A DNA stretch of 48,558 nucleotides from Patescibacteria group bacterium (GCA_038065515.1 JBBTQV010000047.1:1-48558); one strand, 5' to 3'; positions 16,135 through 25,797 are shown, numbered from the stretch's first letter. Program-made: numbers and translations. Notes: generated by a model from the letters alone, not told the origin.

Positions 16135-17487
16135 ATGAAAACTCATTATCAGATAGCCGGGATGCACTGTAAGTCGTGCGAGATACTGGTCGCACAACAC
16201 CTGCGCAAAATCCCCGGCGTAGACGGCGTCCGCGTGAATCACTCCACCGGCGTGGCAACCATCGAGCACCAGGGCCGCGCGCCCGACCGCTCACGCATCT
16301 CTACAGCTGTTCGGGATGCCGGATACACGCTGGGCACTGCCGGAAGACGGCCTTTTATCTCGCGGGATTCATCCGAGTGGTTTGAGGTGCTCTTTGCGGC
16401 GTGCATTGTCTTCGTTCTGTTTATCTTCAGTAAACTGTTCGGCGTATTCGACCTCGTCTCGAAAGCCGGCACAGGCACCGGACCCGCAACGGCGTTGCTG
16501 GTCGGGCTTACCGCCGGAGTTTCATCGTGCATGGCGCTGGTCGGCGGTCTGATTCTGGGAATCTCGGCGCGCCACGCCGAACTGCACCCCGAAGCATCGA
16601 CGGCACAAAAATTCAGACCGCACCTGTTCTTCAATCTGGGCCGGTTGATTTCGTTCGCCGTCTTGGGTGGTGTCATCGGTTCCGTCGGCGCCATCGCCCG
16701 CCCTAGCGGCGGATTCCTGGGGATGCTCATCATCATCGCAGGCATCGTGATGTTCATGCTGGGCATCAAGTTGTTGGAAGTATTCCCGCGCGCATCATCG
16801 GGGCTGACCCTGCCATCGAGTATTGCCCGAATGCTCGGCATTGACCGCGAGACACGCGAGTACAGTCACCGCGGCGCCATCATCACCGGAGCGCTCACCT
16901 TCTTCATGCCGTGCGGATTCACGCAAGCCATGCAAATCTACGCGGTGAGCACCGGCAGTTTCTTGCAGGGCAGCATCGTAATGACACTGTTCGCGCTGGG
17001 CACGATGCCGGGACTTCTGGGCATCGGTGCACTTTCTTCAGCGGTGCGCGGTGCCGGAGCACGGTTGTTCTTCAAGTGCGCAGGCATCGTCGTGATTGTA
17101 CTGGGACTCTGGAATATCTCAAACGGATGGAACCTGACGGGTATCGTGCTGTCGCGACCGGCACCGTCGGGTGTCGTACAACAGCCGGGAAAAAACACCA
17201 CAGTTGCCGTGGTCCGCGACGGGGCGCAATACATGGCAATGGATCAGTGGGCGGGCGGCTACAAACCGAACCGCTTTACGGTGAAAAAAGGAATTCCGGT
17301 CGTATGGACCGTCAATTCAACGGATTCTTACACCTGCGCCAGTTCGCTCGTGATTCCCTCGCTGGGCATCGCGCGATCTCTGACACCGGGAACCAACATC
17401 ATCGAGTTCACCCCGGCACAAACTGGGTTCATCAAATTCAGTTGCTCCATGGGTATGTACACGGGACTCATCGAAGTAATCAATTAA
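16135..17487 (+). CDS. HMA domain - TauE/DsbD_2-like permease - cupredoxin-like domain fusion
   Basis: N-terminal GMHCKSC ferredoxin-like HMA domain and a ~7-TM Gly-rich core. The C-terminal domain ends in IKFSCSMGMYTGLIEV, paralogous to the next gene. Confidence 0.75.
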   Translation: MKTHYQIAGMHCKSCEILVAQHLRKIPGVDGVRVNHSTGVATIEHQGRAPDRSRISTAVRDAGYTLGTAGRRPFISRDSSEWFEVLFAACIVFVLFIFSKLFGVFDLVSKAGTGTGPATALLVGLTAGVSSCMALVGGLILGISARHAELHPEASTAQKFRPHLFFNLGRLISFAVLGGVIGSVGAIARPSGGFLGMLIIIAGIVMFMLGIKLLEVFPRASSGLTLPSSIARMLGIDRETREYSHRGAIITGALTFFMPCGFTQAMQIYAVSTGSFLQGSIVMTLFALGTMPGLLGIGALSSAVRGAGARLFFKCAGIVVIVLGLWNISNGWNLTGIVLSRPAPSGVVQQPGKNTTVAVVRDGAQYMAMDQWAGGYKPNRFTVKKGIPVVWTVNSTDSYTCASSLVIPSLGIARSLTPGTNIIEFTPAQTGFIKFSCSMGMYTGLIEVIN

Positions 17488-17496
17488 TCTCAACGA

Positions 17497-17856
17497 ATGA
17501 CTACAGACCAAGGTATCGTGATCATTATTGCGGTGCTCGGCATTGCCGGAGTGTACCAGTTCTTTCTGGGAAAGCGCACGAAGGCGGTACGGGTCACCGG
17601 CGATATCGACATCGTCGTGGACGGCGGCTATACGCCAGACACCATCGAAATTCCTTCGGGCAAGACCACGACCATCCACTTCTTCCGCAAGGATCCGTCC
17701 AGTTGTCTGGAAGAAGTGATTATCAGTGAATTCAAGATTCGCCGCGCCTTGCCGTTAAGCGAGCGGGTTGATGTGCAGATAACACCCGAGATGCCGGGAG
17801 CATTCAAGTTCTCGTGCGGAATGGGTATGTATCATGGCACTATCATCGTCCGCTAA
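17497..17856 (+). CDS. membrane-anchored cupredoxin-like protein
   Basis: N-terminal TM. FKFSCGMGMYHGTIIV matches the C-terminus of the preceding protein. Confidence 0.7.
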   Translation: MTTDQGIVIIIAVLGIAGVYQFFLGKRTKAVRVTGDIDIVVDGGYTPDTIEIPSGKTTTIHFFRKDPSSCLEEVIISEFKIRRALPLSERVDVQITPEMPGAFKFSCGMGMYHGTIIVR

Positions 17857-17863
17857 TACATCT

Positions 17864-20098
17864 ATGACCTCAATAAAGAAAACATTCGCCATCAAAGGGA
17901 TGCACTGCGCATCGTGCGTACGCATTCTGGAAGATGCGCTCAAGACCGTGCCGGGCGTCAGTAGTGCAACCGTGAATCTGGCAACCGAAAAAGCTACGGT
18001 CGACTATGATCCCGCCAGCGTCACCGACAAGCATTTGAGCTCGGCGGTATCCAATGTCGGTTATCAAGCGCTCATCGCAGATGAAATGGAACACGAAGAT
18101 GCCGAGCGAACGCGTAAACAAAAAGAGCTTTCGCAGCTGCGGACGCGGGTCGTGTTCAGTCTGGTGCTCGGCATTTTGATTGTCTGGGGGAGCTTTCCGG
18201 GCATCGTAAATACCTCGCCGCAGTTCATGAGGAGTTTTTGGCTCCAGCTTGTCCTTGCATTGCCTGTTCAGTTTTGGGCAGGGTGGTCATTCTATCGCGC
18301 GGCATTCTCATCGCTGCGGCATCGCACCGCCAACATGGATACGCTTGTTGCGCTTGGTACAACGGTTGCGTTCGGATATTCAGTGGTCGTTACCGCTTTA
18401 CCGCAGTTAGTCATGCGGGCCGGCATTGAACCGATGGCATACTTCGATGTCTCCACCATCATCATCGGCCTTATTCTGCTGGGCCGTTATTTCGAGGCGC
18501 GCGCGAAAGCGGGCACCTCCGATGCAATCAGAAAACTGCTGGGCTTGCAGGCAAAAACCGCACGCGTTGTGCGTGATGGCCGCGAACAGGACATCGCGAT
18601 TGACCAAGTTATCATCGGAGACATTCTCCGCGTCCGGCCCGGAGAAAAGATTCCAGTAGACGGTGTCGTCACCGAAGGATCGTCTGCCATCGACGAATCG
18701 ATGGTGACCGGAGAGAGTATTCCCGTCGACAAAGGACCCGATGCGCTCGTCATCGGTTCCACGATCAACAAAACCGGTTCATTCCTCTTTCGTGCAACCA
18801 AAGTCGGCAGTGAAACGATGCTGGCGCAAATCGTGAAGCTCGTTCAGGAAGCGCAGGGTAGCAAAGCGCCTATTCAACGGCTCGCCGACTTGGTTTCGTC
18901 GTATTTTGTTCCGGTTGTCATCATGCTTGCGCTGGCGACATTCGCGCTGTGGTATGTATTGGGCCCGCAACCAGTATTGCTGCTCGCCATATTGAACACG
19001 GTCGCGGTGCTCATCATCGCCTGCCCATGCGCAATGGGCTTGGCAACACCGACCGCAATCATGGTCGGCACCGGCATCGGTGCACAGCACGGCATCCTCA
19101 TCAAAGATGCCGCGGCGCTTGAAACCGCGCATAAAGTCCGCGCAGTTGTTTTCGATAAAACCGGGACACTCACGGAAGGAAAGCCGCGCGTGACTGCAGT
19201 CATAGCCACCGCAGGTCATACTGAAGATGAGGTTATCCGGATCGATGCTATCGTGGAACAGTCGTCGAGTCATCCGATATCACAGGCAATTATGGAGGAA
19301 GCGCACAAACGGAATGCTGTGGCCCCCACATCGGCCGGGAAATTCGAAGCGATACCGGGCAACGGTGTGCGCGGCGAATCGGACGGGAAAGTTATTATCT
19401 CCGGTACCGAGCGATTCATGCAGGTAAACGGTGTCGACACCGCGCCGTTGCGCGCCGACATCGACGGACTACTGGACAGCGGCAATACCATCACGATTGT
19501 CGCGCTTGACGGCATCGCCATTGGTGTCATCGGAATCGCCGACACGGTCAAGCCGTCTGCGCATGCGGGAATCGCGGAACTGAAAAAACTCGGCGTAGAG
19601 GTCGCGATGATTACCGGCGACCACACGCGGGTGGCCAAAGCAGTTGCGACGCAGTTAGGCATCGAGCGGTTCTTTGCCGAGGTGCTCCCCGAAGATAAGG
19701 CGTCTGCCGTCGCAAAACTGCAACAGGAGGGAAAGACGGTCGCGATGATTGGTGACGGTATCAATGACGCGCCCGCGCTGGCGCAAGCCGATGTGGGGAT
19801 TGCGATGGGCACCGGTACTGATGTGGCAATCGAGGCCGCCGACATCACACTGGTGAACCGCGACCTGCGAACGGTCGCGTCCGCAATCATTCTCTCCCGT
19901 AAGACGCTGCGTACGATTAAATTAAATCTGTTCTGGGCGTTCGGTTACAATATCATTCTGATTCCGGTTGCGATGGGTGTTCTGTATCCCGCGTGGGGCA
20001 TCCTGCTCAACCCTATCTTCGCATCGGTCGCGATGGCCGCCAGCTCCATCTCCGTTGTTCTCAATTCACTACTCCTACGCAAAGCTCGGATATCCTAA
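17864..20098 (+). CDS. copA: copper-translocating P1B-type ATPase
   Basis: GMHCASC HMA domain and TGES, CPCAMGLATP, DKTGTLT and GDGINDAPAL motifs. The track ORF starts at 17834, inside the previous gene. Confidence 0.95.
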   Translation: MTSIKKTFAIKGMHCASCVRILEDALKTVPGVSSATVNLATEKATVDYDPASVTDKHLSSAVSNVGYQALIADEMEHEDAERTRKQKELSQLRTRVVFSLVLGILIVWGSFPGIVNTSPQFMRSFWLQLVLALPVQFWAGWSFYRAAFSSLRHRTANMDTLVALGTTVAFGYSVVVTALPQLVMRAGIEPMAYFDVSTIIIGLILLGRYFEARAKAGTSDAIRKLLGLQAKTARVVRDGREQDIAIDQVIIGDILRVRPGEKIPVDGVVTEGSSAIDESMVTGESIPVDKGPDALVIGSTINKTGSFLFRATKVGSETMLAQIVKLVQEAQGSKAPIQRLADLVSSYFVPVVIMLALATFALWYVLGPQPVLLLAILNTVAVLIIACPCAMGLATPTAIMVGTGIGAQHGILIKDAAALETAHKVRAVVFDKTGTLTEGKPRVTAVIATAGHTEDEVIRIDAIVEQSSSHPISQAIMEEAHKRNAVAPTSAGKFEAIPGNGVRGESDGKVIISGTERFMQVNGVDTAPLRADIDGLLDSGNTITIVALDGIAIGVIGIADTVKPSAHAGIAELKKLGVEVAMITGDHTRVAKAVATQLGIERFFAEVLPEDKASAVAKLQQEGKTVAMIGDGINDAPALAQADVGIAMGTGTDVAIEAADITLVNRDLRTVASAIILSRKTLRTIKLNLFWAFGYNIILIPVAMGVLYPAWGILLNPIFASVAMAASSISVVLNSLLLRKARIS

Positions 20099-20114
20099 AT
20101 AGCAAGGTATTCCT

Positions 20115-20226
20115 GCGAGCGGACCACCCAAGCCCTGGCCTGCTCGCTTGCTGTACCAAAGCCGAGCGCACAGCGATGGCGATGTTACGCACGGGAGCGG
20201 ACAGGGTTTGGGTGGGAAGCGAGCGG
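20115..20226 (+). repeat. MITE-like element: 14-bp inverted repeats flanked by 8-bp direct repeats
   Basis: GCGAGCGG (20115-20122), then CCACCCAAGCCCTG (20124-20137) ... CAGGGTTTGGGTGG (20202-20215), then GCGAGCGG (20219-20226). GAGCG recurs inside. Confidence 0.35.
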
Positions 20227-20253
20227 TTCGGATAGCGCGGCCCCGCTCATGGC

Positions 20254-20976
20254 TTAACTTCCTTTCTGCACGATGCGGATGATGAGAGCAGTCGCGGCAA
20301 TGAGTCCTGCCGCAAAGGTGGCAACCGCAATATACTTCCAGATGAGCGGACGGCGTTTTTGCACCAGTAAAAATTCTTCTTGTACCTTAGAGGCCGCCTC
20401 CTCCACCTCCGTGTCCGATTTCGACGGAAATTCTTTGAACGCTTCGGCGCTTACTCCTGTCTGTTTCTGCACGACACGCTTGAGGTATGCTTCATTGAAA
20501 AACTTGATGACATCGTAGTGGGATATGATGCCGACCAGCTTGCCCTCCGCATCAACGATACACAGCGGATTGACCTTCGGATAATCGGCGAATATCTTTG
20601 CCGCATCTTCCAGTGGCGCATCAGGGCCGAGCGTAACGAGCCGCGGATTCATGATGCTCGTCGCTTTGATGTCACGCAGTTTTCCGAAGTGCTCTTCCAA
20701 TGCGCGCTTGTCCCCTTTCTCGCGGGCGATTTGATCGATGACTTTGAGCATTGTCGGCAGATGGATGTCCGATGACTGCACGACCATGTCGTATGCGGTT
20801 ATGACGCCCAAAAGCTTCTGTGTCTGGTCAATGACGGGCATGCCGTCGTAGTTGTATTTCTCGAACAACCCCGCGATAACATCCAGCGTATCGTTGGCAT
20901 CAATGGCCAAGACATCTTTGGTCATCACATCTCCGATGCGGATACCCTGCGGCGGCTGCAGTTGATATTCCTCCAT
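20254..20976 (-). CDS. tandem CBS-domain protein with C-terminal TM anchor
   Basis: Two CBS pairs (VMTKDVLAI..., IMNPRLVTL...) and a hydrophobic tail IAVATFAAGLIAATALII. Confidence 0.8.
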   Translation of the reverse strand: MEEYQLQPPQGIRIGDVMTKDVLAIDANDTLDVIAGLFEKYNYDGMPVIDQTQKLLGVITAYDMVVQSSDIHLPTMLKVIDQIAREKGDKRALEEHFGKLRDIKATSIMNPRLVTLGPDAPLEDAAKIFADYPKVNPLCIVDAEGKLVGIISHYDVIKFFNEAYLKRVVQKQTGVSAEAFKEFPSKSDTEVEEAASKVQEEFLLVQKRRPLIWKYIAVATFAAGLIAATALIIRIVQKGS

Positions 20977-21107
20977 AACACCCCAAGTATACCATAACGC
21001 CCCTTGCGGAGCGTTATATGACTAGTCCATGATGACTGTGAGGTCTAGGACCTCGGAGGGCGTGGCGGTAACAATTATTTTCTTATACATACTGCAAGCA
21101 TACACTT

Positions 21108-23144
21108 CTACACGAACAGCGCAACGAGAGCTAATGTCAGCGTCGAGAGTAACTTGATGAGCACATGCAGGGACGGCCCGGCGGTATCTTTGAACGGGTC
21201 GCCGACCGTGTCCCCCGTAACCGCCGCTTTGTGCGTATCAGAACCCTTGCCGCCGAAGTGGCCTTCTTCGATGAACTTCTTCGCGTTGTCCCACGCACCG
21301 CCCGCGTTGTTCATCAGCGTCGCCATCAGGATACCGGCGATAGTGCCCACCATCAGCAAACCGGCAGCTGCCTCGGCTTTCATCGTCATACCGACCGCGA
21401 TGGGAACCGCGATCGCGAGCAAGCCCGGCGCAATCATTTCTTTCAGCGCACCGCGGGTCGTGATGTCCACCGCGCGGGCATAGTCGGGCTTGCTGGTCCC
21501 CTGCATGATGCCCGGATTTTCTTTAAACTGTGCGCGCACATCATTGATGATATAGAAGGCGGCTTTGCCCACCGCACGGATAGCGAGCGAACTGAACACA
21601 AACACCAATGTTGCGCCAATGAGTGCACCGACGAACACATCGACTTTGGCGAGGTTCACGACCGTCAAATGCGCCTCTTCGAGATACGCAGAGAACAACA
21701 AAAACGCGGCTAGCGCGGCCGAACCGATGGCGTACCCTTTCGTGAGCGCTTTGGTTGTGTTGCCCGCGGCATCGAGCTGATCGGTCGTTCGGCGAATCTC
21801 TTCGGACGACCTGGACATCTCCACGATACCGCCCGCATTATCGGTGATGGGACCGAACACATCCATCGCCAAAATATACGCCGCGGTTGCCAGCATACCC
21901 ATCGTCGCTACCGCGGTGCCGTAAAGTCCGCCGTGTGCGACGCCACTGTTGGAGCCGAGCCAGTATGATGCGAGCAGCGCGGCACAAATCGCTACGACCG
22001 TGATGCCGGTTGACTCCAAACCGACCGCGTATCCGGAGATGATGTTCGTACCGTGCCCCGTTGTGGATGCCTGCGCGATTTCACGCACCGGCCTGTATTT
22101 CGATTCGGTGTAGTACTGCGTCAGATACACGAACACGATTGAGGTCGCGATACCGACCATGCCTGCCCAGAAGAACCACATGTTGCCGAGCATGTTGCGC
22201 GTCACGAAGAAGAATGCCACGGCGGCTAACACCGAGGTCACCCAGTAGCCGCGATTAAGTGCCTTCATCGGATTTTCGCCCGGTTTTGCATGTGCAGAAA
22301 AGATACCGATCATCGTCGCGATGAGCCCGAACGCACGGAGCACCAACGGAAACATAATGCCCTTGATGCCGAATACCGGGAACAGCGCGACCCCCAATAT
22401 CATCGCACCGATGTTTTCAGCGGCAGCGGATTCGAATAGGTCGGCTCCGCGGCCCGCACAGTCGCCGACATTATCTCCCACCAAATCCGCAATCACCGCA
22501 GGATTGCGCGGATCGTCTTCCGGGATTCCGGCTTCCACCTTACCAACGAGATCAGCTCCGACATCGGCTGCCTTCGTGAAGATGCCTCCGCCAAGCTGTG
22601 CAAACAACGCAACCAGCGATGCGCCAAAGCCGTACCCGACGATGAGCGACGGAACATCTTTGATGGCAAAACCAAGCCACTCATACACGAGGAACAATAC
22701 GCTGATTCCCAACAGCGACATCGCAACGATGATGATGCCGGACACCGCACCACCACGCAGCGCGATCTGGAGGGCCTGCGGAAGACCACGCTGTGCCGCA
22801 CCGGCCGTACGGATGTTGGCGCGTACCGAAATCGACATCGCGACGATGCCCGCAACCGCCGACGACACCGCACCGAACAGGAATGCCGCGGAGGTCTGCC
22901 AGCCGTGTGTCCAGTTTCCAGAAAATCCGTACGCTGCCAGCAGCACCACGGAAAGCACGATGCTGATGATGCCGATGGTGCGATACTGGCGCTTCATGAA
23001 CGCATGGGCGCCCTCTTTGATAATATCGGACACGGCGACCATAGCCGGCGTACCGACCGGTTGGGCGAGCACCCAACGGGCCAAGAATGCCGCAAAAACC
23101 AACGCCGCTATCGAAATACCGAATGCAATCAATGTGTACTCCAT
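21108..23144 (-). CDS. hppA: membrane-bound H+/Na+-translocating pyrophosphatase
   Basis: GGIFTKAADVGADLVGK, DNVGDCAGRGADLFES and GDTVGDPFKDTAGPSLHVLIK motifs. Confidence 0.95.
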   Translation of the reverse strand: MEYTLIAFGISIAALVFAAFLARWVLAQPVGTPAMVAVSDIIKEGAHAFMKRQYRTIGIISIVLSVVLLAAYGFSGNWTHGWQTSAAFLFGAVSSAVAGIVAMSISVRANIRTAGAAQRGLPQALQIALRGGAVSGIIIVAMSLLGISVLFLVYEWLGFAIKDVPSLIVGYGFGASLVALFAQLGGGIFTKAADVGADLVGKVEAGIPEDDPRNPAVIADLVGDNVGDCAGRGADLFESAAAENIGAMILGVALFPVFGIKGIMFPLVLRAFGLIATMIGIFSAHAKPGENPMKALNRGYWVTSVLAAVAFFFVTRNMLGNMWFFWAGMVGIATSIVFVYLTQYYTESKYRPVREIAQASTTGHGTNIISGYAVGLESTGITVVAICAALLASYWLGSNSGVAHGGLYGTAVATMGMLATAAYILAMDVFGPITDNAGGIVEMSRSSEEIRRTTDQLDAAGNTTKALTKGYAIGSAALAAFLLFSAYLEEAHLTVVNLAKVDVFVGALIGATLVFVFSSLAIRAVGKAAFYIINDVRAQFKENPGIMQGTSKPDYARAVDITTRGALKEMIAPGLLAIAVPIAVGMTMKAEAAAGLLMVGTIAGILMATLMNNAGGAWDNAKKFIEEGHFGGKGSDTHKAAVTGDTVGDPFKDTAGPSLHVLIKLLSTLTLALVALFV

Positions 23145-23217
23145 ACGAATAATAAAGACGGACGGAAACTTAGTTGTGTTACCTGATGAGTGTAAGAAAC
23201 TGGGCCCATAAAATCAA

Positions 23218-23246
23218 TTGACTTTGTTATAATGTCTATGTATAAT
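23218..23246 (+). promoter_or_regulatory. near-consensus sigma70 promoter TTGACT-N17-TATAAT
   Basis: TTGACT at 23218-23223, 17-nt spacer, TATAAT at 23241-23246. Followed by GAGGAGG and the ATG at 23266. Confidence 0.6.
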
Positions 23247-23265
23247 AAAAATGAGGAGGTTAGTT

Positions 23266-23481
23266 ATGAAGCTACCGTTGCACAGAACTGTGACGCTCGC
23301 AGAGGGCGTGAGAATCCCGCCGGAAGCGTGGCATCTGCACGGAGAGGTTCTGCAGTGCGGGATTTCCCGCCACCGAGTCGTCGTGAAGGGGTTCCCGATC
23401 TGCGAGAATGGCCAGCTTGGTATCAGCGTCGCCGTCTCGCCGTTGGATACTCCCATACCACTGCGACAGCGCGAGTCCTAA
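23266..23481 (+). CDS. hypothetical 71-aa protein
   Basis: GGAGG lies 6 nt upstream of the ATG. First gene of a two-gene unit. No family recognised. Confidence 0.5.
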   Translation: MKLPLHRTVTLAEGVRIPPEAWHLHGEVLQCGISRHRVVVKGFPICENGQLGISVAVSPLDTPIPLRQRES

Positions 23482-23539
23482 ATGATAGAAGCGCCGCAGT
23501 GGCGTCGCTCATTAACAAACGATTCAGAAGGAGGTTCGT

Positions 23540-24556
23540 ATGCCGCTATTGGGATGGTTCGCGGTCATAGCCGGCTGGCTCGCCACTGGAACCTTGCTGG
23601 GTATGATGAAGTGGAAGATATACCACGACGACACGACCGCGAAGACTTGGTCTGTCAAACAAGCTCTCCGTGTACTTTCCTTCCCGCTGTCAGTATTACA
23701 TGGCTGGGAAGATTGCATAAATGGTTTGGCAGCGCTTATCAGTGACTTCAAGAATAAGAAAGAGCGCTACCTGTTCCTATCCGGTATCACAGCACCGCTT
23801 GTCTTGGCCGGCCTCTTGCCCGGACTTGTCGGGGGGCTGCTCTTCTGTGCAGTCATGAGCGTCGTTTGGTTCACGACCGCAATCGTGCAGCTGATTTCCG
23901 CGAGCTGGCTTCGCATCACGAAGCGAGACACCGCGAAAAAGAGTTGCACGGAAACGGCCATCACGCGACTCACGGAGCTACGGGACAACGAGCTCATCAA
24001 ACAGGAATCCCATCTGCTTGAGCAAAGAAAAGCACTGGATGAACAGGTGGTCCGGCTCCGGCGCGAACGCGACACTCTGGTAAAGAACATCGAACGGGCT
24101 GACAAGGCGAGTGATCCGTTTGCGGGTGCGTATCGTACGACACTCGGGCGCGTTGAAAACCTGCTTTCCGCAAAACAGCGGGAGCTGACCTGCACCGAAA
24201 CAGCCCTCCGCGTGGTCACGGAGACCATAACACGACTTGGCGGCATTGTAGAACTCATCGGTGTGAGCGCGTACATGGACACCATCGACCCCAAGACAAA
24301 CGACTCATCTCAACAGCTTCTCCGCGATGCGTACACCTGCGTAGAAGCATGCCGCGCCATCATCGCTAGCGCGCAGAACATCAGTATCGGTGTTCAGGCC
24401 GACACAGCCGATGTCGACGAGCTCGCCCGACAGGTGGATGCGGGATGGACAGCAAATGAGAAGCACATCAAAGAAAACGAAAAGCTCTTGGACCGGCTCG
24501 CAGAGATACCGGAACAAGAAGCAACAGCACAACCCGCACCGCGTCTGCTCAACTGA
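23540..24556 (+). CDS. hypothetical membrane protein with long coiled-coil C-terminal region
   Basis: AGGAGG upstream. N-terminal TM, a TM pair around residues 80-125, then a heptad-rich region (ELRDNELIKQESHLLEQRKALDEQVVRLRRERDTLVKNIE). Confidence 0.6.
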   Translation: MPLLGWFAVIAGWLATGTLLGMMKWKIYHDDTTAKTWSVKQALRVLSFPLSVLHGWEDCINGLAALISDFKNKKERYLFLSGITAPLVLAGLLPGLVGGLLFCAVMSVVWFTTAIVQLISASWLRITKRDTAKKSCTETAITRLTELRDNELIKQESHLLEQRKALDEQVVRLRRERDTLVKNIERADKASDPFAGAYRTTLGRVENLLSAKQRELTCTETALRVVTETITRLGGIVELIGVSAYMDTIDPKTNDSSQQLLRDAYTCVEACRAIIASAQNISIGVQADTADVDELARQVDAGWTANEKHIKENEKLLDRLAEIPEQEATAQPAPRLLN

Positions 24557-24563
24557 CACACTC

Positions 24564-24593
24564 GCCCCGACGGAACATCGTCGGGGCGTTTTT
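24564..24593 (+). terminator. intrinsic terminator
   Basis: gccccgacg / gaacat / cgtcggggc followed by gttttt. Confidence 0.75.
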
Positions 24594-24628
24594 CGTTTTG
24601 ACTTTGTGTGAGACAAAGTCAAAACGGG

Positions 24629-24664
24629 CAGAATCGCAGCAACTTAGTTGCTTGAGCGATTCTG
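24629..24664 (-). terminator. extended stem-loop after the rmuC stop
   Basis: cagaatcgc...gcgattctg encloses agcaac/gttgct. A further 12-bp palindrome is at 24596-24624. Confidence 0.45.
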
Positions 24665-24670
24665 AGCTAC

Positions 24671-25666
24671 CTATTCTATCTCCTTCACCTCTTCGCTCAT
24701 CTCGATAACTTTCTGCGTGCGCTCAACAAGAAGGCCGAGGCGTTTGTCGGTGTCATCAAAGGCCGACTGGGCGTTGCCCAGATGCTTGCCCAGCACGCGG
24801 AAGTCGTCGGCGAGCTTGCCGGCATCCTGCACGACGCGGCCAAGTCGTTTCATGATGTCGCGGGTCTGCTTACTGAACTGCACATCGTTGAACCAGTGCA
24901 GAATTGCGGAAACGGTGAGGAAGAAAGTGTTTGGTGAGACGAGAATAACTTTCTTCGCACGCGCATACGATGACAGGTCAGCTTCTTTGATATTTTGGAT
25001 GATTTCGTAGTAGAGTGTCTCGGCCGGCATGTACATCAGCGCGAAGTCGGTTGTGCCCTCGGCGGGCAACAGATACTTGGCGGCAATTTCGTCGATTTTC
25101 TTTTTGACATCCGAGAGGAACTGCTTGCGGAATCCGTCGCGGGCCACTTCAGTATCCGCGTTCGCCATCTTTTCGAAGTTTTCCCAGTTGAACTTGCTGT
25201 CGATGGGCAGGATGAGGTCGTTGGGCAATTTCAACACGGCATCTACCGCTTCGCCAGATTTGAAGTAGTGTTGAATCGCGTAGCGATCTGCGGGGAAATA
25301 CTGCGCCAATGCGCTCTCCAGCGACGCCTCCCCCCAGATGCCACGCAGTTTCGGTGATTTGAAGATGTCCTGAAAGCTCACGACATCCTTGACGCGTTGT
25401 TGCACTTGCTCGACAACGCCCTTGAGCTCGGTCATTCCTTGTGTAAATGCCTGCACCTGCGACATCACGCGCGATGATGATAGCTCACCGGCCTGACGGC
25501 TCTGTTCAAGTTGCTGGGAAATCTGGTGCTGAAGCGCGGATATCTGCTGTCCAAGCATCAATATCGATTGGTCTTGTTGCTGCGGTCTCGGTCGGCGCAA
25601 TGTGTACAGCACCATACCGAGAGCCAGCAAGATGACCACAATGAATACGAATAAGATGATTTCCAT
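24671..25666 (-). CDS. rmuC: DNA recombination protein RmuC
   Basis: N-terminal TM, a coiled coil and the RmuC C-terminal block (DFALMYMPAETLYYE, VILVSPNTFF). The track ORF extends to 25912; the Met at 25666 begins the TM segment. Confidence 0.85.
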   Translation of the reverse strand: MEIILFVFIVVILLALGMVLYTLRRPRPQQQDQSILMLGQQISALQHQISQQLEQSRQAGELSSSRVMSQVQAFTQGMTELKGVVEQVQQRVKDVVSFQDIFKSPKLRGIWGEASLESALAQYFPADRYAIQHYFKSGEAVDAVLKLPNDLILPIDSKFNWENFEKMANADTEVARDGFRKQFLSDVKKKIDEIAAKYLLPAEGTTDFALMYMPAETLYYEIIQNIKEADLSSYARAKKVILVSPNTFFLTVSAILHWFNDVQFSKQTRDIMKRLGRVVQDAGKLADDFRVLGKHLGNAQSAFDDTDKRLGLLVERTQKVIEMSEEVKEIE

Positions 25667-25797
25667 ATCAGCGATGCTTCTTTGCCTTGCTGTCGGCCAT
25701 AGGGCAAACCCTAGTATGCGAATTATATCAAACATAGTCCCGGCCCGATATACCACACATCGCCCGTTTCTGACCACAGGCCGCCCCACAGAGCATG

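Noticed and set aside
16911-17729. 272-aa plus-strand ORF spanning two genes
   Set aside because: It is an alternative frame of the HMA-permease and cupredoxin genes. The translation is Arg/Gly/His-rich and crosses a clear gene boundary.
19270-19890. 206-aa minus-strand ORF
   Set aside because: It is antisense to copA across the P-domain, with no independent signals.
22321-23211. 296-aa plus-strand ORF
   Set aside because: It is antisense to hppA, whose motifs are unambiguous, and its composition is Ala/Ser/Pro/Thr-biased.
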